Assembly (NCBI GenBank): GCA_965231055.1
Contig: OZ246411.1
Span: 601,875 to 665,874 of the forward strand
Length of the DNA stretch: 64,000 nt
Origin: an uncultured Candidatus Saccharibacteria bacterium
Lineage (GTDB): Bacteria; Patescibacteriota; CALEFQ01; G965231055
Reading direction: 5' to 3'
The notes beneath the pieces are model-generated. The model was not told where the DNA came from. It did not search any database and worked only from the letters and a program-made list of their open reading frames with translations. The translations under genes were made by a program, and so were the position numbers. Below, piece by piece: positions 8,354-16,458 of the stretch (positions are counted from its first letter, which is position 1; each line of letters begins with the position of its first letter).

Positions 8354-8953
8354 TTATGCCTCTCTTCTTCCTTTGAGTGCGAGAGTTAGAGTTTGTTCGT
8401 CAGCATATTCTAGGTCTCCTCCAGTGGGAAGACCTCTGGCGATTCTTGTGACTTTGATATCTAAGGGTCTTATGAGTTTTTCTATGTGCATTGCCGTGGC
8501 CTCTCCTTCAAGCGTGGGATTTGTTGCAACAATTACTTCACTTATTTTTTTGGATGTGATTCTTGTTTTTAATTCTTTGAGTTTGATATTTTCTGGACCC
8601 ATGTTGTCGATGGGGGAGATGTTTCCGTGAAGTACATGGTATAGCCCATTGTAACTACCAGTTTTTTCTATAGCGATAAGCTCAAGTGGATGGCTCACTA
8701 CGCATATTGTAGAAGTATCTCTATTTTTGTTGGTACATATTTCACACACATCTTTGGTAGTGATATGAAAACACTCTTTGCATTGTTTTAGGCTTTTCTT
8801 TAATTCGGTGAGTGCTGATGCAAACTTATCTAGTTCCGCTTGATTTTCAGAGAGCATGGCAAAAGCAAGTCGTTCTGCTGACTTTTGGCCAATTCCAGGA
8901 AGCTTCTGAAATTCGTTTATTAGATTTTCTATTGGTTTTGGTAGTACTTGCAT
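8354..8953 (-). CDS. recR: Recombination protein RecR
   Basis: N-terminal HhH (LPGIGQKSAERLAF), C4 zinc finger (CKEC...CEIC) and a Toprim domain. 199 aa. Confidence 0.9.
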   Translation of the reverse strand: MQVLPKPIENLINEFQKLPGIGQKSAERLAFAMLSENQAELDKFASALTELKKSLKQCKECFHITTKDVCEICTNKNRDTSTICVVSHPLELIAIEKTGSYNGLYHVLHGNISPIDNMGPENIKLKELKTRITSKKISEVIVATNPTLEGEATAMHIEKLIRPLDIKVTRIARGLPTGGDLEYADEQTLTLALKGRREA

Positions 8954-8954
8954 T

Positions 8955-9239
8955 TTACATTGAAATTTCTCCGGAACTTATTTTGCGTATCATTAGTTGT
9001 TGGAGTTTGCCCTGGGCATCATTGAAGGCTTCTTTGATTCCGTTTTGGATTTGATCTTTGTTTTCTGGTGTTAGTATTTTTTCGTCAAGTTCGACTGACT
9101 GCATTTCTAGGTTTCCATTTAAAATTACTTTTATCATTCCATTTACAGCTACGCCCTCCAGTGTTTCCTGTTCTAGTGCTGATTTGAGTTTTGTGGCCTG
9201 CTCTTTGGCCTTCATCATGTCGCCAAATTTTCCAAACAT
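8955..9239 (-). CDS. ybaB: YbaB/EbfC-family nucleoid-associated protein
   Basis: 94 aa, MFGKFGDMMKAKEQ...LEGVAVNGMIKVILNGN. Sits immediately upstream of recR, the conserved ybaB-recR arrangement. Confidence 0.85.
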   Translation of the reverse strand: MFGKFGDMMKAKEQATKLKSALEQETLEGVAVNGMIKVILNGNLEMQSVELDEKILTPENKDQIQNGIKEAFNDAQGKLQQLMIRKISSGEISM

Positions 9240-9258
9240 ATTTTTGTATTATATTTAT

Positions 9259-10596
9259 CTAATTATGATTTGTATCTAGGTTTTTGAAGCTAGCTTGGTT
9301 TTCTTGGAAGAATACTTCTACTTCCCCCGTGGGTCCGTTTCTGTGCTTGGCAATAATTATATCTGCTATATTTTTTCTTTCCGTATCTGGTTTTACTTTG
9401 TCTTCTCTGTAAATAAATAAAACAATGTCTGCGTCCTGTTCTATGGTACCGCTTTCTCTTAGGTCTGATAGTTTGGGTCTTTGATCTGGTCTTGCTTCCA
9501 CGGCTCTAGATAGCTGGGACAGGGCTAGCACTGGAACATTTAGTTCTCTGGCTATTCCTTTGAGCTCCCTCGTGATTTCTGAAATTTCTTGAACTCTATT
9601 TTCTTTTGTTCTGCCTTCAAGTAGCTGTAAGTAGTCTATGACAATGAGTCCTAGTCCGTGTTCTGATGCTAGTCTTCTGGCCTTGGTTCGAATTTCCATA
9701 GCATTACTGCTTCCGCTATCATCAATCCAAATTGGAGCTTCGGAAAGTATTCCCATTGCTCTTCCTATTTTGGGAAAATCATCGTCTTCTTCTTTGTTTC
9801 CAAGTTTTCCAGTCCTCATTTTCCAAAGATCTACACCTGCTTCCGCGCAGAGTAGTCTATCTACCAATTGCTCCTTTGACATTTCAACGCTGAAAATTCC
9901 AACTGGTACTTTGGTTTTGACCGCGGCATTTCTCGCCATGTCTAGGGCTAAAGAAGTTTTTCCTATGCTAGGTCTTGCTGCCAATATAACAAGATCCGAT
10001 TTTTGTAATCCCGCAAGGAGATTATCTAGCTCGGTAAATCCAGTGGGTACTCCTCTTAGTCTTCCTCCAGCTTTGTGAAGTTCGTCTATACGATCAAATG
10101 TATCTACGAGTACGTCTTTTACTGGCACGAATTTTTGTTTCATGAACTGCTGAGACACAGAAAAAATTTGTTGCTCTGCGTGGTCCAGTAATTTCACTGT
10201 ATCTGCACCCTCATCATATCCTATTCTTTCTATTTCATTTGCTGCCTTGATGAGATTTCGTAGTGTGGATTTGTTTTTGACTATCTTTGCGTAGTGTTCA
10301 ACATTTGATGCAGTAGGCACCATATTTACAAGAGAAGTAAGAAACGTGGAACCTCCTATTTCTTCTAATATTTTTTTGTTTTTGAGTTTATTTGAAAGAC
10401 TTAGGATGTCTATTGGTTCTTTGCTTTCATATAATTCAATCATGCATTCATAAATCTTTTCATGCACGCCATGATAAAAATCAGAGGCATGTACCATGTC
10501 TGCGATTTTGACTATTGCATCCTTGTCCAACATAACAGAGCCCAAAAGGGATTTTTCTGCATCTAGATTTTGTGGGGGTATTTTTACGGAGGTCAC
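9259..10596 (-). CDS. dnaB: Replicative DNA helicase DnaB
   Basis: N-terminal DnaB domain (LDAEKSLLGSVMLD). C-terminal RecA-like domain with Walker A (ARPSIGKTSLALDMA) and Walker B (IVIDYLQLL). Confidence 0.9.
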   Translation of the reverse strand: MTSVKIPPQNLDAEKSLLGSVMLDKDAIVKIADMVHASDFYHGVHEKIYECMIELYESKEPIDILSLSNKLKNKKILEEIGGSTFLTSLVNMVPTASNVEHYAKIVKNKSTLRNLIKAANEIERIGYDEGADTVKLLDHAEQQIFSVSQQFMKQKFVPVKDVLVDTFDRIDELHKAGGRLRGVPTGFTELDNLLAGLQKSDLVILAARPSIGKTSLALDMARNAAVKTKVPVGIFSVEMSKEQLVDRLLCAEAGVDLWKMRTGKLGNKEEDDDFPKIGRAMGILSEAPIWIDDSGSSNAMEIRTKARRLASEHGLGLIVIDYLQLLEGRTKENRVQEISEITRELKGIARELNVPVLALSQLSRAVEARPDQRPKLSDLRESGTIEQDADIVLFIYREDKVKPDTERKNIADIIIAKHRNGPTGEVEVFFQENQASFKNLDTNHN

Positions 10597-10725
10597 GGAG
10601 GTTTTTATTTAATTAGATATGTCTTATTAGTATATACTTTTATTCAAACTGCCTCAACCCCCAATATTTCACAAAAATGGCTTAATCTAGTAATATGATG
10701 TTGATATCCTGTTAATCAAATTGAC

Positions 10726-11250
10726 TTGAGTCTATCTACCAAAATCCAAAGCGATATACTCTATTTTTTGGACAAAAGCAGTCGAGAGTTTGAAAAACAC
10801 TCCTGGGACTTGTTTTTGCGCCCAGAAGTGCAGAAATGCTCAGAAATCAATCATCACGGGTATTATAGTAGGCTAGAACACATGATACTGGTGGGAAAAC
10901 TAGCTGTACACATAGCTGACAAGCTTGGCGCTGATAAAAAGACATGTGCTAGGGCAGGTATTCTTCATGATATAGGTCAGTATGGCAATGGACTAAAAAT
11001 TGAAGGCAAACGCAGGTTTGATACCAGTTGGGCCAAAAAATATGCTGAGGAAATAGGCGAGAGTCAGGAAGTACAAAATGCTATCTTGTCTCACCATCCT
11101 TCTTTTCGCTGGCCCAAAACCAGAGAAGCATACATTATTGTTCTGGCTGATTGGTTTTCTAGTATCATAGAATGGTCGGCAATATTTGGAAATAAACTAA
11201 AAGACTGGGCCGGGAGATTTGGCGCCAATGTTCATCACAACGTAAGCTAG
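10726..11250 (+). CDS. Small HD-domain phosphohydrolase (TTG start in the ORF track)
   Basis: His..HD motif (HHGYYSRLEH ... GILHDIGQ) and a downstream LADW acidic motif. Confidence 0.55.
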   Translation: MSLSTKIQSDILYFLDKSSREFEKHSWDLFLRPEVQKCSEINHHGYYSRLEHMILVGKLAVHIADKLGADKKTCARAGILHDIGQYGNGLKIEGKRRFDTSWAKKYAEEIGESQEVQNAILSHHPSFRWPKTREAYIIVLADWFSSIIEWSAIFGNKLKDWAGRFGANVHHNVS

Positions 11251-11252
11251 TT

Positions 11253-12206
11253 TTAGTCCAATACTTTTTTTAGTTCGTCAATAGAATCGATTTTCACGAG
11301 CTGGCTTCTGAGTTTGGATGCGCCCTCATACCCCTTGAAATACCATGCTAAGTGCTTACGCATAGGGAGAAAATAAGAGTCTTGTTTTAAATATAATTGT
11401 GAATGGCGTATCGCCATTTTTTTGCGCTTGGAAAAATCTATCTCGCGATCTTTTCCTTTCTTAATATTTTCAAATACCCATGGATTACCAAAAGCACCTT
11501 GTCCTATCATCACTCCATCGCATCCAGTTTTTTCTATCATCTCACGATAAGTTTTGTGATCTTTAACTCCGCCATTTCCTATTACTATAGTTTTTGGCAT
11601 ATTGGTTTTGACAAAATCTACTACCTCCTTGATTGCGTCAAAATCTATGCTACCCCCAAATCCTTGTTCTAGGCTCCTTCCGTGAACGGCTATGGCAGAA
11701 AGGTTTAATCTAGATAACTCTTTTACAATATCAATAGCTTTTATTGTCTTGTTATCTGTTTTGGCGGAGGCTCTTAGCTTTATGGAAACGGGTAGTTTGG
11801 TGCTGTTAACTACATTTTCAACTACTTGCCTTGCGAGCTTTGGATTTTGCATGAGTACAGATCCAGATCCACTTTTGCGAATCTTTTTGGCAGGGCAGCC
11901 CATGTTGATATCTATTCCTTGAGGATTTATCTCTTTTTCTATGATTTTTACGGCCTTGCCGAAATACTCGGGACGTCCTCCAAATAGCTGAACTATATAG
12001 GGCTTTTCCTTTTTAGTGTATTTAGAAAGCTCTAGTGTTTTTTCTGAATTATGACAAAGTCCCATGACGCTTATCATTTCAGAGTACAAAACATCTGCAC
12101 CAAAATCCTTACAGATACCTCTAAAAATACTATCAGAAATCCCTGCAAGGGGAGCGAGACATAAAAATCCTTTATTTAGTTTTTGCCAAAAATTGGGTCT
12201 TTCCAT
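11253..12206 (-). CDS. dus: tRNA-dihydrouridine synthase (the ATG at 12206 is the likely start; the ORF track begins at TTG 12212)
   Basis: FLCLAPLAGISDSIFRGI...IDINMGCPAKKI matches the FMN-binding TIM-barrel motifs of the Dus family. Confidence 0.85.
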   Translation of the reverse strand: MERPNFWQKLNKGFLCLAPLAGISDSIFRGICKDFGADVLYSEMISVMGLCHNSEKTLELSKYTKKEKPYIVQLFGGRPEYFGKAVKIIEKEINPQGIDINMGCPAKKIRKSGSGSVLMQNPKLARQVVENVVNSTKLPVSIKLRASAKTDNKTIKAIDIVKELSRLNLSAIAVHGRSLEQGFGGSIDFDAIKEVVDFVKTNMPKTIVIGNGGVKDHKTYREMIEKTGCDGVMIGQGAFGNPWVFENIKKGKDREIDFSKRKKMAIRHSQLYLKQDSYFLPMRKHLAWYFKGYEGASKLRSQLVKIDSIDELKKVLD

Positions 12207-12234
12207 TGACAAAATATGAGATTAATGTTATAAG
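12206..12234 (+). promoter_or_regulatory. Near-consensus sigma70-type promoter for small ORF A (TTGACA, 17 nt, TATAAG)
   Basis: TTGACA at 12206-12211, 17-nt spacer, TATAAG at 12229-12234. This overlaps the divergent dus start. Confidence 0.55.
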
Positions 12235-12269
12235 TGACCTCAGTTCAACATCTAACGAGGAGGTGGGTA

Positions 12270-12590
12270 ATGGATCGAAGAACGGTGCAAAATTGTATCA
12301 AGGCTCTTGCAGCTCAGGGAATAACTGCAGACGATGCTTCTTTCCTCATCAAAACAACTTCTCAAGGAGACCGTATAAGTGAATATGGTGAAAAAACAGA
12401 GCTGACCAAAATCTGGATCGAGCGAAAAAACAGATTTATTATTCAGCTCATCGGTCGAGAACTCGGAATTGGGATGGGTGATTTTCCGAATGTTGGTTTG
12501 CAGATTAAAAGCGAAAATGAAGAAACAAGCGGGAAAATCATTAGTTTTGTTGAAGACTTATTAAGTGTTGCGACAATGGCGCTCAAATAG
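12270..12590 (+). CDS. Small hypothetical protein A (106 aa), corrected start with a strong SD
   Basis: SD GAGGAGG at 12257-12263 lies 6 nt before ATG 12270. The ORF-track start 12234 sits on the -10 element. About 40% GC, higher than the surroundings. Confidence 0.5.
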   Translation: MDRRTVQNCIKALAAQGITADDASFLIKTTSQGDRISEYGEKTELTKIWIERKNRFIIQLIGRELGIGMGDFPNVGLQIKSENEETSGKIISFVEDLLSVATMALK

Positions 12591-12616
12591 CGGCGACAGA
12601 TGCTCTTTTATGAGTC

Positions 12617-12656
12617 GCAGTCGGATGCACCTCATGCGTTCGACTGCTTTTTTATT
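12617..12656 (+). terminator. Intrinsic terminator after small ORF A
   Basis: GCAGTCG ... CGACTGC stem with an internal mini-hairpin, followed by TTTTTTATT. Confidence 0.65.
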
Positions 12657-12788
12657 GGTTGTTGTCTAAATGGACAATCCAATTTTTGCCAGAAACATTT
12701 CTGCATTGATTTTTTTCTACTACAATATGTAGATATACTAATTTGTTTTTGTGTTTTTATCAAATTTGCCAAAAATTAGGCCTTGCTA

Positions 12789-12818
12789 TTGACATTTTTA
12801 CTAAAACATGTTAATAAT
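12789..12818 (+). promoter_or_regulatory. Sigma70-type promoter for small ORF B (TTGACA, 17-18 nt, TAATAAT)
   Basis: TTGACA at 12789-12794 and AATAAT/TAATAA at 12812-12818. Confidence 0.5.
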
Positions 12819-12858
12819 ATAAAAAATGACCAAAACTGTCTTTTTACAAGGAGGAATT

Positions 12859-13191
12859 ATGACTTTGCATTATAAGGCTATAAAAAACGTGCTTGAAAGA
12901 TTGTCGGCCATGGGTGTGAATGAAAGAAATGCGGATCTCGCATTTACTGTCGTCGTGATTGAGAATGATTCGTCTATAAAATTCGCAAGTCTAGAAGTTG
13001 AGTATCTCTTAGAGTGCCTTGTGAGATTACTCGGGTTGAGATGTTTCGATGGTGATCTTATGAGCGTTAATAGCGCAATTGAAAACGGAGACCGTCGAGA
13101 GTTAGAAGTAAATCGAAAAATCATGGAAAAAAGTTGCGCTCATTTTCGAGCAGTGATTGCTGTCGCAAAAACAGTTATTGGTGTTGACTAA
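12859..13191 (+). CDS. Small hypothetical protein B (110 aa), weak paralogue of A, corrected start with a strong SD
   Basis: SD AAGGAGG at 12848-12854 precedes ATG 12859. The ORF-track start 12826 lies at or before the predicted TSS. N-terminal similarity to A (xNxIKALxAxGI vs xNVLERLSAMGV). Confidence 0.5.
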   Translation: MTLHYKAIKNVLERLSAMGVNERNADLAFTVVVIENDSSIKFASLEVEYLLECLVRLLGLRCFDGDLMSVNSAIENGDRRELEVNRKIMEKSCAHFRAVIAVAKTVIGVD

Positions 13192-13219
13192 CAGTCTCTA
13201 TTATTTCCGATCATTTGGT

Positions 13220-13250
13220 GGCTAGTGCTTCTTGCGCTAGCCTTTTTTAT
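13220..13250 (+). terminator. Intrinsic terminator after small ORF B
   Basis: GGCTAGTGC / GCGCTAGCC stem (one G-U pair), 5-nt loop, TTTTTTATTT tail. Confidence 0.7.
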
Positions 13251-13316
13251 TTCTCTTTTTGAGTGTGCGATACTGTGGTAAAGTGAATTATATATACTCT
13301 AACTTGTTTATCGTTT

Positions 13317-13976
13317 ATGGTAAAGTCTGTTGTTATAATTATTGTTATCACCGGTACTGTGTTTTTTTGCGTATTGGGAATTTGGATTTACTTTAGCTTG
13401 TTTGCATCAAAAAGGATCTACGTTTCAAATGACAGTTTGCCTGAAAAATACGTTGCCATAGTGCTGGGTGCTAAGGTTTATTCAAACGGCAATCCTTCCG
13501 ATATGCTCGAAGACAGATTGCTCACGGCATTTGATTTGTATAAAGCGGGTAAAGTTAAGAGATTTTTGCTTTCAGGAGATCATGGGACTACTTCTTATGA
13601 TGAAGTTGACGGGATGAAAAATTATCTCACGAAACTCGGAGTAAAAAAAGAAGATATTTTTTTGGATCACGCTGGGTTTGATACTTATGATTCTATGTAT
13701 AGAGCTAGAGAGATTTTTGAGGTTAGGGATGCGCTTATCGTAACTCAGGGGTATCATTTACCAAGAGCGGTTTTTCTCGCGAGGAAGCTTGGCATAGATG
13801 CCGAAGGTGTAATTGCAGATAGAAGACCGTATAGGAATTCAAATATCTTTAAAGCGAGAGAGCTTGGTGCTCAAGTTAAATCGTTTTTTGAGTTGGTATT
13901 TAGAATAAAGCCTAAGCACCTGGGTGAACAGATTCCGATCACGGGTGATAGTAGTGCTAGCTTTGATGATAAATAG
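13317..13976 (+). CDS. SanA/YdcF-like (DUF218) membrane-anchored protein
   Basis: N-terminal TM followed by LSGDHGTTSYDEV...LDHAGFDTYDSMYRAR...VTQGYHLPRAV, characteristic of the DUF218 fold. Confidence 0.6.
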   Translation: MVKSVVIIIVITGTVFFCVLGIWIYFSLFASKRIYVSNDSLPEKYVAIVLGAKVYSNGNPSDMLEDRLLTAFDLYKAGKVKRFLLSGDHGTTSYDEVDGMKNYLTKLGVKKEDIFLDHAGFDTYDSMYRAREIFEVRDALIVTQGYHLPRAVFLARKLGIDAEGVIADRRPYRNSNIFKARELGAQVKSFFELVFRIKPKHLGEQIPITGDSSASFDDK

Positions 13977-13985
13977 ATAGTATTA

Positions 13986-14018
13986 AAAAAATCGACTCGT
14001 TAGAGCCGATTTTTATTT
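13986..14018. terminator. Bidirectional terminator between the sanA-like gene (+) and cysS (-)
   Basis: AATCGACTC / GAGCCGATT stem flanked by an A-run and a T-run. Confidence 0.55.
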
Positions 14019-14021
14019 GTA

Positions 14022-15431
14022 TTATTTAGTTTTCCAAGTGGTTCCTTTGTCTGTGTCTTTTATTTCTACTCCCATTTTAGATAGCTCATCTCTTATTTGG
14101 TCAGAAGTTTCAAAATCCTTATTTTTTCTCGCATCGTCTCTTTTTTTAATGAGCTCTTCTATTTTTATTTCGTCTAGTTGATTTAGTGGTTTATACTCAA
14201 GAATGCCAAAAACTTTATCTATTTGAGCTAATGAGCTTAGAATCCTGGATGCTTCTTTTGGTTTGAGATTATTTTCGTCTATTTTCGCATTGGTTTCTCG
14301 CATAAAATCAAAAAGATTTGCAATGGCGAGTGGTGTATTTAGATCATCATTCATAGCCTTTATGAAGGGATCTACCAGTGATTTATCTAGTTCGTTATCC
14401 GATTTCTTGCCACTGACAGCTATTAGTTTCTCCTTGAATTCAATAATTCTTTCCAATTTGGTTTTGGCTTCATTCATCGATTCCCATGTGAAATTTAGAT
14501 TTGATCTGTAGTGGGAGGAGAGAACAAAAAATCTAAATACAATAGGGGAATATCCTTTTGCTACTATGTCTTCTACGAGCATGGCATTGCCTTCTGATTT
14601 ACCCATGCGCTTGCCATCAACCATCATATGTCGTTTGTGAATCCAGTAATTTACAAATTTTTTGCCTGTTGCGGATTCTGTTTGGGCGATTTCACATTCA
14701 TGGTGTGGAAAGATATTGTCCTCGCCACCCGTGTGTATGTCAATCTGCGAGCCCAGATATCGCATGCTCATGGCGGAGCATTCTATGTGCCATCCTGGAA
14801 AACCTCGTCCCCATGGAGAATCCCATCCGAGTGGATAGTTTTTGGGAACTTTCTGCCAAAGCATAAAATCGAGTGGATCTTTTTTGTCGGGATGTGGCTC
14901 TATGCGATTTCCAGTTTTCAAGTTTTCAAGAGTATTTCCGGAGAGCTTGCCGTATTCTTTATATTTTTTGGTCACAAAAAATACATTGCCGTTTGCTTCA
15001 TATGCAAAATCTTTTTCTATAAGAGTTTTGATGAGCTCTATCATGTCTGGTACGTGCATTGATGCTTCTACAAATTTTTGCGGAAACTTTATATTCAAGG
15101 CCGTCAGATCTTTCTTAAAAGCCTCTTCATAGAAATTTGCTATTTCTTGCGGTGTCTTTTGTTGTGTTTTTGATGCTTTTATCATCTTGTCCTCGCCAAA
15201 TTCTGAATCTTGGGTGAGGTGTCCGAAATCTGTAAAGTTCATTATGTGAAGCACCTCGTATCCAGAAAATTCCAAATACTTTTTGACCACGTCTACCATA
15301 AGATAAGAGGTCATATTTCCAAGTTGTGCATACGAGTAAACAGTCGGACCGCAACTGTAAATTTTGACTTTACCTTTTTCTATTGGCTTGAATTCTTCCT
15401 TTTGCTTTGTGAGCGTGTTATATAAAAGCAT
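14022..15431 (-). CDS. cysS: Cysteinyl-tRNA synthetase
   Basis: Class I core: CGPTVYSYAQLGN (HIGH-region analogue) and KMGKSEGN (KMSKS). C-terminal DALR-like helical domain. Confidence 0.9.
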   Translation of the reverse strand: MLLYNTLTKQKEEFKPIEKGKVKIYSCGPTVYSYAQLGNMTSYLMVDVVKKYLEFSGYEVLHIMNFTDFGHLTQDSEFGEDKMIKASKTQQKTPQEIANFYEEAFKKDLTALNIKFPQKFVEASMHVPDMIELIKTLIEKDFAYEANGNVFFVTKKYKEYGKLSGNTLENLKTGNRIEPHPDKKDPLDFMLWQKVPKNYPLGWDSPWGRGFPGWHIECSAMSMRYLGSQIDIHTGGEDNIFPHHECEIAQTESATGKKFVNYWIHKRHMMVDGKRMGKSEGNAMLVEDIVAKGYSPIVFRFFVLSSHYRSNLNFTWESMNEAKTKLERIIEFKEKLIAVSGKKSDNELDKSLVDPFIKAMNDDLNTPLAIANLFDFMRETNAKIDENNLKPKEASRILSSLAQIDKVFGILEYKPLNQLDEIKIEELIKKRDDARKNKDFETSDQIRDELSKMGVEIKDTDKGTTWKTK

Positions 15432-15529
15432 TCGAGTGTTTATTTGGATCTAATATGCTCAATTTTAATCCACTTTTGAGCTTTTGTACAGAAGATTTAT
15501 ATGTTATAATATTTAGGTTAAAAAATACT

Positions 15530-16438
15530 ATGCAAAATCAAAACCAAAACTCAAATATCTCCATTGAGGATTTACTAAAAGAACACAAAAACGATCTCAA
15601 AAAACCGTCTCCAGTTTCTGCTCCACAAAAAGACAAACCAAGTCAGGTGCTCTCAGATGATCCTTCAAAAGAGTCTATTTCAAAAACACCCCAAGCTCCA
15701 AAACCAGTGGTTAATCAACCAAAACCCGCCGCTTCTTCAAATTCACCAATTGCTCCCAAAAAAGAAGCAGCGGATAATGATTTACCGGATCCCTCAAAAG
15801 TAGCAGAGCAAGTAATCCAAAAAATAAGACCAAAGGAAGATGATGCTGTTGTGGATTCAAAAGATCAATCAATAAATAAAACAAAAGACAGCAGTGTGTT
15901 TTTTGATACCAAAATAGAGACAGAAAAAAATATGAATTTGGGAAGAGTGGATGCTGAACCTAAAAAAGAAACAAAGCCAAACGAAGCACTAGCTGAAAAT
16001 GCTATTGAAAATACCAAATTTGAATCTCTTAAAAAACTTGATGAAGCTGATATAAGGAAGAAGATAGAGCAGCTCGAGACGGAGCTAAACGAGAGAAACA
16101 ACATAGGAGAATCAAAAAGCGTAGAAGCAAAAACAGAATCACTTTCCAGTGATATTCCAGAAACAAAAAAACCATTAGAACTAGAGAAAAAAGAAGATGA
16201 GGATATACGAAAAATAGATTCTCAAGTAAAACTTCCTGATGAGCTCAATATAGATTTACTAGGTAAGCTTCCCAAAGAAGATCAAGTAAAAGTTTTGACC
16301 AACGTAGTTTATAAAGATGGTTTGTATAAGGCGATAAATACAGCTATCAAGCTTGGAGATCCGTACCTTATGGATTTACTTCACGACGCTTTAGTGGATG
16401 AGCTTTACGCAAAATTAAAAGCAGGTAAAAAGAGTTAA
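15530..16438 (+). CDS. K/E/P-rich low-complexity protein, predicted largely disordered, with a conserved C-terminal helical segment
   Basis: Likely start is MQNQNQ at 15530, preceded by an extended -10 element TGTTATAAT at about 15503-15511. The track start 15455 lies upstream of this promoter. No TM segments. Confidence 0.45.
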   Translation: MQNQNQNSNISIEDLLKEHKNDLKKPSPVSAPQKDKPSQVLSDDPSKESISKTPQAPKPVVNQPKPAASSNSPIAPKKEAADNDLPDPSKVAEQVIQKIRPKEDDAVVDSKDQSINKTKDSSVFFDTKIETEKNMNLGRVDAEPKKETKPNEALAENAIENTKFESLKKLDEADIRKKIEQLETELNERNNIGESKSVEAKTESLSSDIPETKKPLELEKKEDEDIRKIDSQVKLPDELNIDLLGKLPKEDQVKVLTNVVYKDGLYKAINTAIKLGDPYLMDLLHDALVDELYAKLKAGKKS

Positions 16439-16458
16439 TTATTAAATAATACTCAAAG

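Noticed and set aside
8322-8630. Plus-strand ORF 8322-8630 (102 aa) opposite recR
   Set aside because: Antisense to a well-supported recR. The hydrophobic, low-complexity translation is typical of a spurious frame.
12234-12269. Upstream ATG starts of small ORFs A (12234) and B (12826)
   Set aside because: Both ATGs sit on or immediately after the -10 hexamer, upstream of the likely TSS. Strong SD sequences precede the internal ATGs instead.
12591-12858. Possible sRNA or second small hairpin (CAGAA-acat-TTCTG plus T-run) between cassettes A and B
   Set aside because: The stem is only 5 bp and AT-rich. It is more likely part of the AT-rich spacer and promoter UP region of cassette B than a discrete RNA gene.
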